DNA of 64,000 nt from a bacterium (GTDB lineage Bacteria > Bacteroidota > Ignavibacteria > UBA10030). Positions within the stretch are counted from its first letter, which is position 1. Each line of letters opens with the position of its first letter. The DNA is taken from assembly GCA_043803945.1 (NCBI GenBank), contig JAZDJN010000091.1:64001-128000 (forward strand), in the 5' to 3' direction. Below, piece by piece: positions 21,969-32,700 of this stretch. Made by a program: the position numbers and the translations under genes. The notes beneath the pieces were generated by a model. That model made no database searches, was not told the origin of the DNA, and saw nothing but the letters and a program-made list of their open reading frames with translations.

Positions 21969-22846
21969 AACACGAATCCTGGATTCAAATCGGCCTTTCG
22001 ATCCCCTCATCACACCATGACCTCATCACCGGTCAACTCTCCAGCTTAGGATTTGGCGGATTCCTACAGGAAGAGATCTCTCTCTTCTGTTACATCGAGC
22101 AGAAACGATGGACAAAGACTGTCGAGAAGTCATTAAAAAGGCTCCTCGATCAATTCTCAGCGGAATTCCCAGAGGCTTCAACAAAGATTTCAAAGAAAAC
22201 GATCGTCATGAAGAATTGGAATGCCGAATGGGAAAAATCTATTGGGATCATTGAAGCCACGCATCGTATAATCATCAAACCGTCCTGGAAGAAACTTCGC
22301 AAGAAAGATAAGGGCAAGATCATTATTGAGATCGACCCTAAAATGGCATTCGGAACAGGTCATCACGAAACAACGCGTCTTTCTCTCACGCTTCTCGAGG
22401 AATATATCGAGAAGGGAATGAAGGTTCTCGATTTTGGTACCGGCACAGGAATCCTGGCAATTGCCGCGGCAAAACTGGGTGCATCGTTTGTCGTCGCTAT
22501 TGATAATGATCCATGGGCCATTGACAATGCGAAAGAAAATGTCCGCAAGAATAAAGTCAGCAACTCGATTACGTTAAAAACAGGCGACATCAGCAAGGCA
22601 GGGAGAACACACTTCGATCTGGTTATCGCCAATATTGATTTGCCCACGATTACCAAGATCTTTCCACAGCTACTTTCAACGTTGAAGGTTGGATGTGATC
22701 TCATCCTTTCGGGAATCCTTGAAACCGACTTGCCTCAGTTTGTTGACTTCCTCTCTAATCAGGGAGCAGTGCCGCTTGAAATTCTTAATGAAAATGAATG
22801 GATTGCCATCGCATTAACCAAGGCGGATGCGAATCTCAGCGATTGA
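21965..22846 (+). CDS. prmA: ribosomal protein L11 methyltransferase
   Basis: IDPKMAFGTGHHETT, VLDFGTGTGILAIAA, DND, ANI, LILSGIL. Confidence 0.96.
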   Translation: MKHESWIQIGLSIPSSHHDLITGQLSSLGFGGFLQEEISLFCYIEQKRWTKTVEKSLKRLLDQFSAEFPEASTKISKKTIVMKNWNAEWEKSIGIIEATHRIIIKPSWKKLRKKDKGKIIIEIDPKMAFGTGHHETTRLSLTLLEEYIEKGMKVLDFGTGTGILAIAAAKLGASFVVAIDNDPWAIDNAKENVRKNKVSNSITLKTGDISKAGRTHFDLVIANIDLPTITKIFPQLLSTLKVGCDLILSGILETDLPQFVDFLSNQGAVPLEILNENEWIAIALTKADANLSD

Positions 22847-22971
22847 CATTGACACCAATACGATTCTCATGCTCATCGCTGAGATAGACCGGCATGGGAA
22901 GGTGTACACTATCCGGGATGAACAGACTATGCCACGCCTGGGAAAAGGTGTCGATGCCGGAGGAGATGATC
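22827..22971 (+). pseudogene. ppx: N-terminal remnant of a Ppx/GppA phosphatase
   Basis: MRISAIDIDTNTILMLIAE...RDEQTMPRLGKGVD matches the Ppx N-terminus (DIGTN changed to DIDTN); similarity ends after ~45 codons at the convergent desulfurase 3' end. Confidence 0.8.
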
Positions 22972-24138
22972 TCAGGCAGTTTTTAATGAGAGTTGTCGCT
23001 GAATTACTCTTTGAAGTGCATTCAATGCATATTCGACTTCTTCAACGGTTGTCATACGGCTCAGAGAGAACCTTATAGTGGCACGTGCTGTTAACGTATC
23101 ATAACCCATCGCATGCAGAACATGAGAAGGAAGCAGGCTTCCTGAGGTACAGGCAGAGCCGCTTGTCACCGCCACGCCTTCCAAGTCCATACCCATGATT
23201 ATCGCTTCGCCATCCAGAGTATAGATCGTAGATGGGAAGGAGACACTCAGTATATGCGGGAGCCTCATTTGCGGGTGTCCGTTGATGAGAACTCCGGGAT
23301 ACTCGGCACGAAGTCGATTCTCCATCAGCAATCGAAGGTGTTCGACATGGCGGACATCCTGTTCCTGCGTCTTCACTGATCGTTCCAATGCCCGGGCAAA
23401 TCCCACTGCTGCGCAGAGGTTTTCCGTTCCTGCCCGGCGATTGGATTCCTGTGAGCCTCCCTCAAGAAATGAATTGATCCTGGTGCCTGTTTTAATGACG
23501 ATCGCTCCGATCCCCTTCGGGCCAAAAAACTTATGTGCACTGACTGCGGCAAGGTCAATACAAAGCTCATGGAGATTGAGCGGGACTTTTCCAACTGTTT
23601 GAACAGTATCGGAATGGACAGGAATGCCGTACTCTTTCGCAACAGCGACGACATCGTTCACCGGCTGAATCATTCCGATTTCATTGTTACTGTGCATGAC
23701 TGAAATAAGACCTGTAGTGTTCTTAATCAGCTTCCGAATATCATCCGGATTCACCATACCGAATGAGTCGACATGAAGAACGTCAATCTCACACCCTTCA
23801 GCAGAGAGTGACTCCACAGTATGGAGCACAGCATGGTGCTCAATGGACGAAACGATAAGATGGGTTTTTCCATTCTTCCGGTTCGCGGCAACAATCCCCT
23901 TCAGCGCGTGGTTATCCGCCTCAGTGCCGCCGCTCGTGAAGAAGAGTTCCTGTGTCTCGATACCGAGCAAGCGGGCAATGGCCTCGCGCTGTTCTTCCAG
24001 CAATACTCTCGCTTCCCGGCCATAGGCATGAATGGACGATGGATTGCCGAAGTATTGAAGAAGGTACGGTTGCATTGCTTCTGCGACCGATGGATCCAGA
24101 GGTGTTGTTGCGCTATAATCGAAATAGACTCTTTCCAT
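22972..24138 (-). CDS. iscS: cysteine desulfurase (IscS/NifS class I)
   Basis: YFDYSATTP, GNPSSIH, FTSGGTEADN, SAHKFFGPKG, RAGTEN, SGSACTS. Confidence 0.93.
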   Translation of the reverse strand: MERVYFDYSATTPLDPSVAEAMQPYLLQYFGNPSSIHAYGREARVLLEEQREAIARLLGIETQELFFTSGGTEADNHALKGIVAANRKNGKTHLIVSSIEHHAVLHTVESLSAEGCEIDVLHVDSFGMVNPDDIRKLIKNTTGLISVMHSNNEIGMIQPVNDVVAVAKEYGIPVHSDTVQTVGKVPLNLHELCIDLAAVSAHKFFGPKGIGAIVIKTGTRINSFLEGGSQESNRRAGTENLCAAVGFARALERSVKTQEQDVRHVEHLRLLMENRLRAEYPGVLINGHPQMRLPHILSVSFPSTIYTLDGEAIIMGMDLEGVAVTSGSACTSGSLLPSHVLHAMGYDTLTARATIRFSLSRMTTVEEVEYALNALQRVIQRQLSLKTA

Positions 24139-24174
24139 AGATCGATTCTGCTCTTATTGTGTTAATAAGGTAAC

Positions 24175-24205
24175 AAAAAAGCCGGTCAAATAGTGTGGCC
24201 GGCTT
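24175..24205 (-). terminator. intrinsic terminator after the ECF operon
   Basis: AAGCCGG..-loop-..CCGGCTT with an A6 tract on +. Confidence 0.65.
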
Positions 24206-24232
24206 ACCTGTCTAGAACGAGGGGAGTAAACC

Positions 24233-24721
24233 TTATTGCATTTGTCTCATTGGTCTTGGTGCGTCCCGCATAATATTCATCAGTTCACGAGTGAATTTTA
24301 ATTCAAAGACGAGATATTCGAATATCTGTTTTGCACTGAGAATTTCGTGGAGTTTGTCGATGTATTTTTTCTTGGTATCCTGGGCCAATTGTTCCAGATC
24401 CTGTAATTCCTGAAGTGCCTTTTCATAATCCGCATTTGATACTTTTGCAGCACGCCATGTTATTGCCTGCTTGACGATCCCCTCCTGCTTTTGCTGAATC
24501 TCCCGAATGGCGTCACGATGTTCATTATAACGGACGATAAACTTCAATGAGGTCTCTTCATCAAGCTTCAACACTTCCAGCATTCTCATTTTTTTAAATT
24601 GTTCAGCGCGTTCCATCGCTTGTCGAGGCATCATCTGCGGCCGATTTTGTGCAACAGCCCAATGCCCTGCGAAGAAGATCAACAAGCTCCACGGTAGCAG
24701 AACTCTCAGCAGTGATTTCAT
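24233..24721 (-). CDS. exported helical protein (Spy/CpxP-like third gene of the ECF operon)
   Basis: Signal peptide ending AVA-Q; L.LDEE...F...Y and ILS.KQ..Y motifs; ATGA overlap with the anti-sigma gene. Confidence 0.7.
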   Translation of the reverse strand: MKSLLRVLLPWSLLIFFAGHWAVAQNRPQMMPRQAMERAEQFKKMRMLEVLKLDEETSLKFIVRYNEHRDAIREIQQKQEGIVKQAITWRAAKVSNADYEKALQELQDLEQLAQDTKKKYIDKLHEILSAKQIFEYLVFELKFTRELMNIMRDAPRPMRQMQ

Positions 24722-25356
24722 GGGATAATCCTTTCTCCTAATCGTTCCAGAAGAGTGTTCAATTCCGATTCCGATATGCTCTCAAGTTGGATAGAGGTTC
24801 CATTATTCAGAGTATTCGATAATAATCCGGACATTGCAGGCACTTGTTCCTCCAAGAGATCGATCGATAAAGCCTTGCTGCCAATTTCCGATAACGCTTC
24901 GTGAGTCGATGTCGTTGCGTCCAGTGGTTGAAAACTGAACTGATCCAGTGCAGCTTCCGTAAGATCACTCATAGTCATATCCTGCATGGCCGCTGCAAGG
25001 CCATTATCCACAGTCTCAAAAGTACCCTTGGGATAGTCCAAATTGATGAGCAAAATAACCAGAGCGGCGGCAGCAACAACCGGAGCCATGCGTTGAAGGA
25101 TGGAAGAATACAATGAGATTCTGAACAATGTCGGCTTCTCGATCCGTTCTCGCACACGAGGTACGATTGTGGAAAAATAGCCGCTCGGAACGATAGGATG
25201 TTTCCCCGCCTCAAGCTGTGTGAACAGTGACCGCAGCGCATCAGATTCCTGCCGGCACTTCGCACAGCTCAGCAAATGGTTCTCGACCGCCTTTGAGGTT
25301 TCTCCATCCAACGTACCGTTGAGAAAATCAGGGAGTATTTCTTCAATGTGTTTCAT
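24718..25356 (-). CDS. zf-HC2 anti-sigma factor
   Basis: HLLSCAKC (HxxxCxxC), VPSGYF, one TM helix; overlaps the sigma gene. Confidence 0.88.
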   Translation of the reverse strand: MKHIEEILPDFLNGTLDGETSKAVENHLLSCAKCRQESDALRSLFTQLEAGKHPIVPSGYFSTIVPRVRERIEKPTLFRISLYSSILQRMAPVVAAAALVILLINLDYPKGTFETVDNGLAAAMQDMTMSDLTEAALDQFSFQPLDATTSTHEALSEIGSKALSIDLLEEQVPAMSGLLSNTLNNGTSIQLESISESELNTLLERLGERIIP

Positions 25357-25900
25357 TGGCCTTCTTTACAAAATCTTGAATTTTACGAATCGCATGAAAA
25401 TAGTTTGCTTTCAATCCACCAACGGAGGTCTTCAATATCTTGGCAATTTCTTCATACGGCAACTCATCATAGTAGCGAAGAAGAAAGACAGCCTTTTGTT
25501 GTTTTGGTAATGTCGCTATAGCTTTCGTAATCAGTTCGCGCTGCTCTTCACGCTCAAGAATCCAATCCGGAGGATCGCTTTCGACATCCTCTGTATCGAA
25601 GAGTTCATCAATACGAAAAAAATCTCTTACTTTTTGTCTGCGAATCGAGTTCAGCGCAATATTGATGGTAATCCGATACAGCCAGGTATAAATTGAGGAT
25701 TCACCCCGGAATCCACCAAACGATTCATACGCTTTGACGAATACTTCCTGTGTGATATCGTCGGCTTGATCATGATCGTTGACATATTTCCGTGCAAGCC
25801 AATAGACCTTTTCCTGGTATTTCAACACAATCCGGTTAAATGCTGACTCGTTCCCTTGTTGAAATTCCTCAATAAGTTGCGCGTCCGAATATTCTGCCAT
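25343..25900 (-). CDS. ECF RNA polymerase sigma factor
   Basis: ADDITQEVFVKAY, FRGESSIYTWLYRI..N, LP.QQKAVF.LRY...YEEIA. Confidence 0.95.
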   Translation of the reverse strand: MAEYSDAQLIEEFQQGNESAFNRIVLKYQEKVYWLARKYVNDHDQADDITQEVFVKAYESFGGFRGESSIYTWLYRITINIALNSIRRQKVRDFFRIDELFDTEDVESDPPDWILEREEQRELITKAIATLPKQQKAVFLLRYYDELPYEEIAKILKTSVGGLKANYFHAIRKIQDFVKKANETH

Positions 25901-26001
25901 GGAGTCTTATGGTTACACAGAAGTTTGACAGAGCACTGAAATAAAAGTTTAAGAGCCAAACCGATATTCTCCCCTTCGAAAACGTTGAGAATCGGCACTT
26001 A

Positions 26002-27279
26002 TTACTCATTTCTTTTGATAATAACGAGGGTGAGGTCATCCGAAGGAGGCTCATGGCTTACAAAACGTTCAACATCTTCCACAATCCCGCTTTTTACACG
26101 CTCAGATCCTTCACTCGCCAGGGTCTTGAGTTGTTCCATCAAACGCTCTTCCGAGTATTGATCTTTCGCCGGATTCATTGCTTCAGTTACACCGTCAGAA
26201 TAGAGCACCAGAATGTCTGATGGCTCTAATTGCACTTGAAGATTTTGGTATTCGGCAAAGTCGAACATTCCCAATGGGATACCTCCACCGGCCAGCGTTT
26301 CAACCGCATGGGTTTTATACCGATAGAGATACGGATAATTATGTCCTGCATTCAGATAATTAAACATTCCCGTTTCGACATCCAAAATACCGGCAATCAA
26401 TGTAATAAATCGTTCTGCTTCAGTATGCTCATAGACGAAGGTGTTCAAGCCTTTTCCAAGATTATCGAGCTCTTCGATTTGTCCCAGATAAGCATGAATG
26501 TACGCATGGACAGTAGAAACTAGTAACGCCGCGGGGATTCCCTTTCCGGAAACATCAGCAACAAGAAATAAGCTTTTCGTCTCAGAGAGTTTGATGACAT
26601 CGTAGTAATCACCACCGACCATCTTTGACGGTTTGGTGATAGCAGCAATATCGTAGTTCGGGATTAGGGGGATTTCTTTCGGGAGAAGGCGCCGCTGAAT
26701 CGATCCGGCAATTTCAATCTCACGCTCCATCTTCTTCTTCTCAACTTCTGATTCGTGCAGGCGTGCATTTTCAATCGCCAGGGCTACGTGGACCGAAAAC
26801 GCTTCAAGAAAATGTTCATCCTCCCGTGTAAAGGTGCCACGGACTTTATTCAGGATTTGAAAGACCCCAATAATTTTTTCATTCCGGTCCCTCATCGGCA
26901 TACACAGCATCGTCTTTGTCTGGAATCCTGACCGCAAATCGAAACCGGAATAAAAGCGTTTATCCTTCCATGCATCTTTGAGATTTACCTTCACCCCTGT
27001 CTTTCCGACGTGGCCGGCAATCCCCGTACCAAGCGGAAGACGAATTTCTATTAACTCCCTCCCCTTGACTACTTTAGACCAGAGTTCATCCCGTTCTTCA
27101 TCTACAAGATAAATAGTACCTCTCGTTGCCTTCAGATTACTGGTGGCAAGGTCAAGAATTAACGAGAGAAGTTTTTCAAGATTAAGAGTCGAATTCAGAA
27201 TTCGGGAAGCATCAATGAGAGCTTCCAGCCGTTTAAGCTGCGATCTGTTCGAACGGTGTTTGGGGGATGCTGTACCCAA
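26002..27279 (-). CDS. GAF + SpoIIE (PP2C, RsbU-like) phosphatase
   Basis: GAF with GIAG.V..DKRF..D..SGFQTK.MLC.P..NK; VGGDYYD, ADVSGKG, NAGH, YSDGVTEA, DDLT. Confidence 0.92.
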   Translation of the reverse strand: MGTASPKHRSNRSQLKRLEALIDASRILNSTLNLEKLLSLILDLATSNLKATRGTIYLVDEERDELWSKVVKGRELIEIRLPLGTGIAGHVGKTGVKVNLKDAWKDKRFYSGFDLRSGFQTKTMLCMPMRDRNEKIIGVFQILNKVRGTFTREDEHFLEAFSVHVALAIENARLHESEVEKKKMEREIEIAGSIQRRLLPKEIPLIPNYDIAAITKPSKMVGGDYYDVIKLSETKSLFLVADVSGKGIPAALLVSTVHAYIHAYLGQIEELDNLGKGLNTFVYEHTEAERFITLIAGILDVETGMFNYLNAGHNYPYLYRYKTHAVETLAGGGIPLGMFDFAEYQNLQVQLEPSDILVLYSDGVTEAMNPAKDQYSEERLMEQLKTLASEGSERVKSGIVEDVERFVSHEPPSDDLTLVIIKRNE

Positions 27280-27325
27280 GAGCTTGTCCTTCTACAAGTT
27301 GGGGGGAAATTCACTACGATGAAGG

Positions 27326-27354
27326 AGTATACGCTGAAGTGAAGAGATTATCAA
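27326..27354 (-). promoter_or_regulatory. sigma70-type promoter of the GAF-PP2C gene
   Basis: Minus strand TTGATA-17 bp-TATACT. Confidence 0.55.
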
Positions 27355-27375
27355 CTTCATTTTCGGTATTTCTCA

Positions 27376-27539
27376 GTAAGTGTTCAGCAAGATGGGTAAT
27401 CCATTATTCTTACCACTGATGGCGCACCGATGATCACCGAGGATGATAACTGGAGTACGTCGTATATCTTAAAAATAATAAAATAATATTATCTGTGTAA
27501 ATCCGTGTGCCATCGGTGGTGAAATTGCTGAGCAAATAC
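27376..27539. mobile_element. MITE-like element with imperfect TIRs enclosing a REP-like pair
   Basis: GTAAGTGTTCAGCAA...TTGCTGAGCAAATAC (12/15 inverted match); inside ACCACTGATGGCGCACCGAT / ATCCGTGTGCCATCGGTGGT. Confidence 0.45.
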
Positions 27540-27551
27540 GGTTTTCAAATG

Positions 27552-27575
27552 AAAAGGCAGCCAGAGGCTGCCTTT
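27552..27575 (-). terminator. intrinsic terminator after scaffoldin B
   Basis: AAAGGCAGCC-AGA-GGCTGCCTTT. Confidence 0.7.
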
Positions 27576-27603
27576 CTTCTATGCTAAAAAACCGGTACCG
27601 AAA

Positions 27604-29487
27604 TCATCTGACGAGGGTCATCTTCTTTGAAGCATGATTTTCCCCTCCACTGATGCGATAGAAATAGACGCCGCTCGGCATACTCCGCCCATCGTCATTG
27701 GTTGCATCCCAAACGATGCTATGAATCCCGGCATTCATGTGTTTTCCCACAAAAAGCGAACGCACCTTAATCCCGATCATATTGTAAATCTCAAACGTAA
27801 CCGGAGCTTCCTTTGGCAATGAGAAATAGATTGTGGTTGTCGGATTGAAAGGATTCGGGAAATTCTGTCCAAGAGAAAATTCTGTTGGTATCAATTCTTC
27901 CTTCTCTGCAACTTCCGTTAAGGTCATATTCCATTCGGTCGAGTCTTTTGCGCCTTTCACATCGGTGAATACACAGGTGACCTTTCGCGGCATGTTATGG
28001 GCACCGGTAAAGGTGTCAGTATAGGTGCTGTCAAGTCCACTCTTTTTCGTGACACCATCAACTTTCCATGTATAGTTAACGGTATCCTTATCGAGGTCCT
28101 GAACACTGACCGTAAATTTTATTGGGACATTTACGGAGATCGTACCGGCATTCTGAGGAGTCCGAAGCAGCAGTGTAGGCTTCCGGTTTACATCAGTAAC
28201 CGTGATGGAAACGACTGTGCTATCGCTCAATCCACCGGAGTCGGTGACCTTAAAAGAAACAGAATAGCTGCCGGCTTGTGTAAATGATGGTGTCCATGAA
28301 AAGGCTCCGTTTGACTGATTCAATGCAGCACCAGAGGGCAGATTGGAAGAGGTGTAGACAAGAAGGTCTGCATCCGCATCTGATGCAGTAACGTTGAAGG
28401 ATAAAGCCTGACCTTCAGCAACACTCTTGGCTGTTATCGGAGTAATGACCGGTTTCTGGTTGACATTTGTCACGGTGATCGTAACAACAATTGAGTCGCT
28501 CAGCCCTCCTGTATCCGTTGCTTTAAAAATGATCGGATAGGCACCTGCCTGTGTGAACGAAGGAGTCCACGCAAATGCACCTGTGGTTTGATTAAGTGAT
28601 GATCCCTGAGGAGAGTTTGGTGAACTGTAAGTGAGTGCGTCGCCGTCGGGATCAGTCGCACTCAATGTAAAAACCAGTAACTGTCCCTCCGAAGTGGATT
28701 GAGGGGAAACGGTATTCATTGCCGGTTTCTGGTTGACATTGCTGACCGTTATTGAAAAGGCAAGACTGTCACTGAGTCCAAGGGCATCGGTGGCTCTTAT
28801 CATCACCGAGTATGAACCCGATTGAGAAAGCGTAGGAATCCAGGTAAATACTCCTGTTGTTGCATTAATCGAAGCTCCCATCGGAGGATTAGAAAGACTG
28901 AAGGTAATTGCATCAGCATCCGGATCGGTTGCGGTGACGGTGAATGAAAGCTGTTTCCCTTCATCGATTGTTTTCGCCGGTATGGGATTGAGTACTGGTT
29001 TGCGATCGACGATAATAGAGCCGCTCTTGATCGAGTAGGTCAATCCTCCTCGTAAATTGAATGAGGTAAAGGTAAGATTGGTTTTTCCCTTTGCGCGCAA
29101 CTCCGCTTTTACATAAATGAGCCTTCCACTTCCTGTAAGATCTGTTGTACCGGCAGCTGCGACTGAAAGAGTATCCGGAATTTTATCCCAGTTCGTGATG
29201 ATTAATCCACCAGCTGCATCAATAACTTCGGCAAATGTCCCAGGATATTCGGTTCCGATAAGTTTCGCGATCGTTGAATCATACGCTATCCGGAAGTCAA
29301 ATGATTTCACCGCTTTGCCAGTCAAATCACCGATATATATCGGGATCTTCATGATCGTCCCAGGCGCCCCAATAGTGTCGGGGAGAGTGACCGGAATTGC
29401 CTGTCCATAGGTGAATGCCGTGATAACTGTTGTCAGGAGTATTGTCGTAATCAGCCGTTTCATAATTTTTCCTATTAAATTTTCCAT
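27604..29487 (-). CDS. mini-scaffoldin B: cohesin + 3 cadherin/He_PIG Ig domains + Ig + T9SS CTD
   Basis: Signal peptide ..TYG-Q; cohesin-like IPIYIGDLTGKAVKSFDFRIAYD..LSVAAAG..LTGSGRL; three repeats KP...EG..L.F...ATD.D.D.L....P.GA......G.F.WTP...Q.G.Y; CTD LGQNFPNPFNPTT...KKMTLVR. Confidence 0.85.
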   Translation of the reverse strand: MENLIGKIMKRLITTILLTTVITAFTYGQAIPVTLPDTIGAPGTIMKIPIYIGDLTGKAVKSFDFRIAYDSTIAKLIGTEYPGTFAEVIDAAGGLIITNWDKIPDTLSVAAAGTTDLTGSGRLIYVKAELRAKGKTNLTFTSFNLRGGLTYSIKSGSIIVDRKPVLNPIPAKTIDEGKQLSFTVTATDPDADAITFSLSNPPMGASINATTGVFTWIPTLSQSGSYSVMIRATDALGLSDSLAFSITVSNVNQKPAMNTVSPQSTSEGQLLVFTLSATDPDGDALTYSSPNSPQGSSLNQTTGAFAWTPSFTQAGAYPIIFKATDTGGLSDSIVVTITVTNVNQKPVITPITAKSVAEGQALSFNVTASDADADLLVYTSSNLPSGAALNQSNGAFSWTPSFTQAGSYSVSFKVTDSGGLSDSTVVSITVTDVNRKPTLLLRTPQNAGTISVNVPIKFTVSVQDLDKDTVNYTWKVDGVTKKSGLDSTYTDTFTGAHNMPRKVTCVFTDVKGAKDSTEWNMTLTEVAEKEELIPTEFSLGQNFPNPFNPTTTIYFSLPKEAPVTFEIYNMIGIKVRSLFVGKHMNAGIHSIVWDATNDDGRSMPSGVYFYRISGGENHASKKMTLVR

Positions 29488-29533
29488 GATAACCCCCTTG
29501 TTCCTATTTGCTTTCGTAATTGCTCAGTTAGTT

Positions 29534-29640
29534 TGCCACAAAGCCACTATGACACAAAGTCTTTTTAACGACATCGGAATAGTATCGAGAAAAAAAATAA
29601 ATATCTTACTTTTACTTTGTGACTTTGTGCCTTGGTAGTT
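29534..29640. repeat. REP-like inverted pair (CCACAAAG..CACAAAG / CTTTGTG..CTTTGTG)
   Basis: GCCACAAAGCCACTATGACACAAAG...CTTTGTGACTTTGTGCCTTGGTAG. Confidence 0.55.
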
Positions 29641-29773
29641 TAGTGTTTGCCTACTTTCTAATATATAAAATTCTTCTTTCGATTTCTACTCACAACACCT
29701 GATTAAGTATATCGATATCTACCGCATCCTATTGTATCCTTTGTCACACACATTCCATACGGTTATTCCTGGA

Positions 29774-32700
29774 TCACCGGATAAGTAGCATTCTTTTCGA
29801 TGCACGATAACCAGATGTTTCAAGGCAATAAAGATAGATACCTGAGGAGGCTGCTTCTCCCGTCTCCGTTCTTCCATCCCATTGAACTCGTTGTTCACCG
29901 GCCTCGAGTTCACTGTTTTTCAATGTCTTAATCAACCTGCCGGAAATATCAAAAATCTGCAATTTTACGTGCCCTGAGACCGGCAATTGAAATTGAATCA
30001 TCGTAGAGGGATTGAATGGATTAGGGTAATTCTGCATTAGCGCAAAATGGTGGTGAATCGCCACCGCTTCATACTGAATCTTTTCGATCACACGCTCATT
30101 CAGCATAGCTTCGAATTCCAATTCTAAGGATACGGTTGGATTCAACCGTTCTAGCGTAAATTGAGCGATACTACCCTTTTCGAGCGGTGATGCACCCGCC
30201 ATTACGATTGTAATCGTTTCTCCCTTTATTTCATGGCACAACTGCCAATCTTTAGGAAGAGTTCCGGCTATTGTTCGAATCCCTACTATTGTACTATCCC
30301 AGTTCCCCTTCATTTGAACAGAATAAATTTTTTCACCATCTGTTTGGAGTATGAGCGGTATCTCTATCAAGCTCGTCTGATTGATCCTCCGTTGAACTCC
30401 CCACCCGAGAGAACCCGTTCGTTCACCCTGCTTCATTAGTCGGGGGTGTTCAGGTGCTGGCTGAACCGGAAAAACCGAAATCACTCCGGCAACGTACTGA
30501 AGAATTAACGAAGCATCGTAAGCGGTAATTGTCCCATCCTTTGAAACATCAGCCAGAAAGAGTGTCAGTGGACCGGACAGCAGTTGAATACCGGCTACAT
30601 GTAAGAGGATAAGCGAGGCATCGTATGCGGTGATCACATCATCTCCGCTCACATCCCCGGGACGACGGTTCTGGATAATCGTCACAGATGCCGTTGTGCT
30701 ATCAGATGCACTGCCATCGCTGATTCGAACCGTAATTGTATAACGACCACCTGCCTGCGATAGGAGCGGGATCCAACGAATCCGCCCCTCATTGGTCAAT
30801 GAACACCCCGGCGGAGCATTCAGCAGATTGAAGATGAGCGGATCGCCATCAGCATCGAATGCCAGGTAGGTGAACAGCAGGGAGTCTTGTCCCGCACGCA
30901 AGGTCGTATCACGCAAGATCCTCGCAAATCTCGGTGTGCGATTAACATTTTGTACGCTGATCGCCGAGGAATTCGTAATCGTAAACTGACCATCAGAAGC
31001 GGTGACAATAATCGAATAGGAACCGGCCTGTAAAAATGTTGGTACCCATCGAAGGATTCCATTCTTTTCGTCGATGGAGACACCTGTGGGTGGATTCAGG
31101 AGTGCGTAGAGAATCTCCTCGCCATAATCACGAGGATCAGTACTGAACTTGTAGATGAGAGTATCATTTTCTCTGATTACCGTGTCTCTCAGTGCCTGCA
31201 GAAAGAGAGGCGGCCGTGTTGGATAACCAATAGTAAACCGCGTTCCCTCTGGAATGAGATTAGCCAATGATCCTGTCGATCGAACTATGAGCAACGTATC
31301 GCCTGTACTTGAAACCTCCAGTGCATTCCTTCCATAGCTTAATCCGGATCCCTGCAATTGCCAGGGAGTCGCTAACAGATTACTCTCCTGCCGTCGTATA
31401 AGACGCAGATCAACGATGCGGCTAAATGCCTGATCAGATTTTATTGTCTGAACTTCGATGTCACATTGCTGAGATTGGGACAGTGTCGGCAATGTCGATT
31501 GCAACGACCAGTAGCGTAGTCCATAACTCCCTATTCGGATACCATTGCCCGCATCAAATGGCAATCCAACTGTCCCTTCTGCAGAACCAACAACCGCCTG
31601 AACCTCAATTGTTGGATTGGCTGTTGCCGGATACGCAGCAGTAAACGTCATAATGAATGGTTGATACCCTGTAACACTGCCAACAGGAAATTCATATTTT
31701 CCATTTGCCCACTGGAGTGGATTCCCCGCACCCACGCTGATGCTCTGACGAACTCTGCCGAGAATATGGGAAACATTTGCACCAACGATCCCGGTGCGAT
31801 CGAATCCCTGCTGCGAAGCCTGTTGGGAAAGTGTAATGCTGGTAGTATCGGCCCGGAGTATTCCGTTGATGAAGTAGAGGAGTGAACCGGGATCCAGTTT
31901 CAGATCGCCGCCGCTCAGGCGAAATCCCAGTCGATTGTTTAATCGAAGATGAATCGCCGATGATCCACCCGGTAACACCAAACCCTGTGAGGGAACTTGA
32001 ATAAGTTGTTCCTGGTTGCCCTGCAGGTCGATCGTGGTAGCAGAACCGGTTGGGTTGATGAAACTTCCTGCCTCGATCGTTAACGTTCCCTGAATGTGTA
32101 ACGGTTGAGGAGCGAATGACCCCGGCACTCCAAGTGCTATGCCGCCTCCCGTACAATTCAAACGCAAATCGCGTACGGTGCATTCCCGATGGAGCGTTAC
32201 CCTTGTCGCGTTTCCCAGTGTATCGTTTACTACCTCGAGACTGAGGATTGTTTTACCAGGACCTGATTGAAGCTCTTTGTCCGACGATGTCAGCGAGGTA
32301 CCAGAGCAATACCGAAGATAATAGCGTGAGACAGTCGGAGCATCCTGTGCTCCAAACGATGATTCGAATCTTCCCCGTCCAATGCTGAGCCGGGAGTTCT
32401 CGGCAAGCGTAAGATTATTACTGCCTTCATCCAATTCTCCATCCATCAGGTACAGAGTTCCCACGATAACAACATCTTTATCGAGTGTCACATTGTCCCG
32501 ATCCGCCGATTGATTCGGATTGGAAATAACCAGATCTTTAAGGATGGAGAACGAAGCCGGCAATTCCCGTTCTGTGATGAGGTTGCCGTTGGCAGAATCA
32601 ACGAGATAGAGAAGATTTATTCTGCCTTCAAAAAGTGGAGCGGTTGAGATCTTAGCATCGGTTCGCCGTCTGATGACCGTCGCATTATCGGCAAGCAGAA

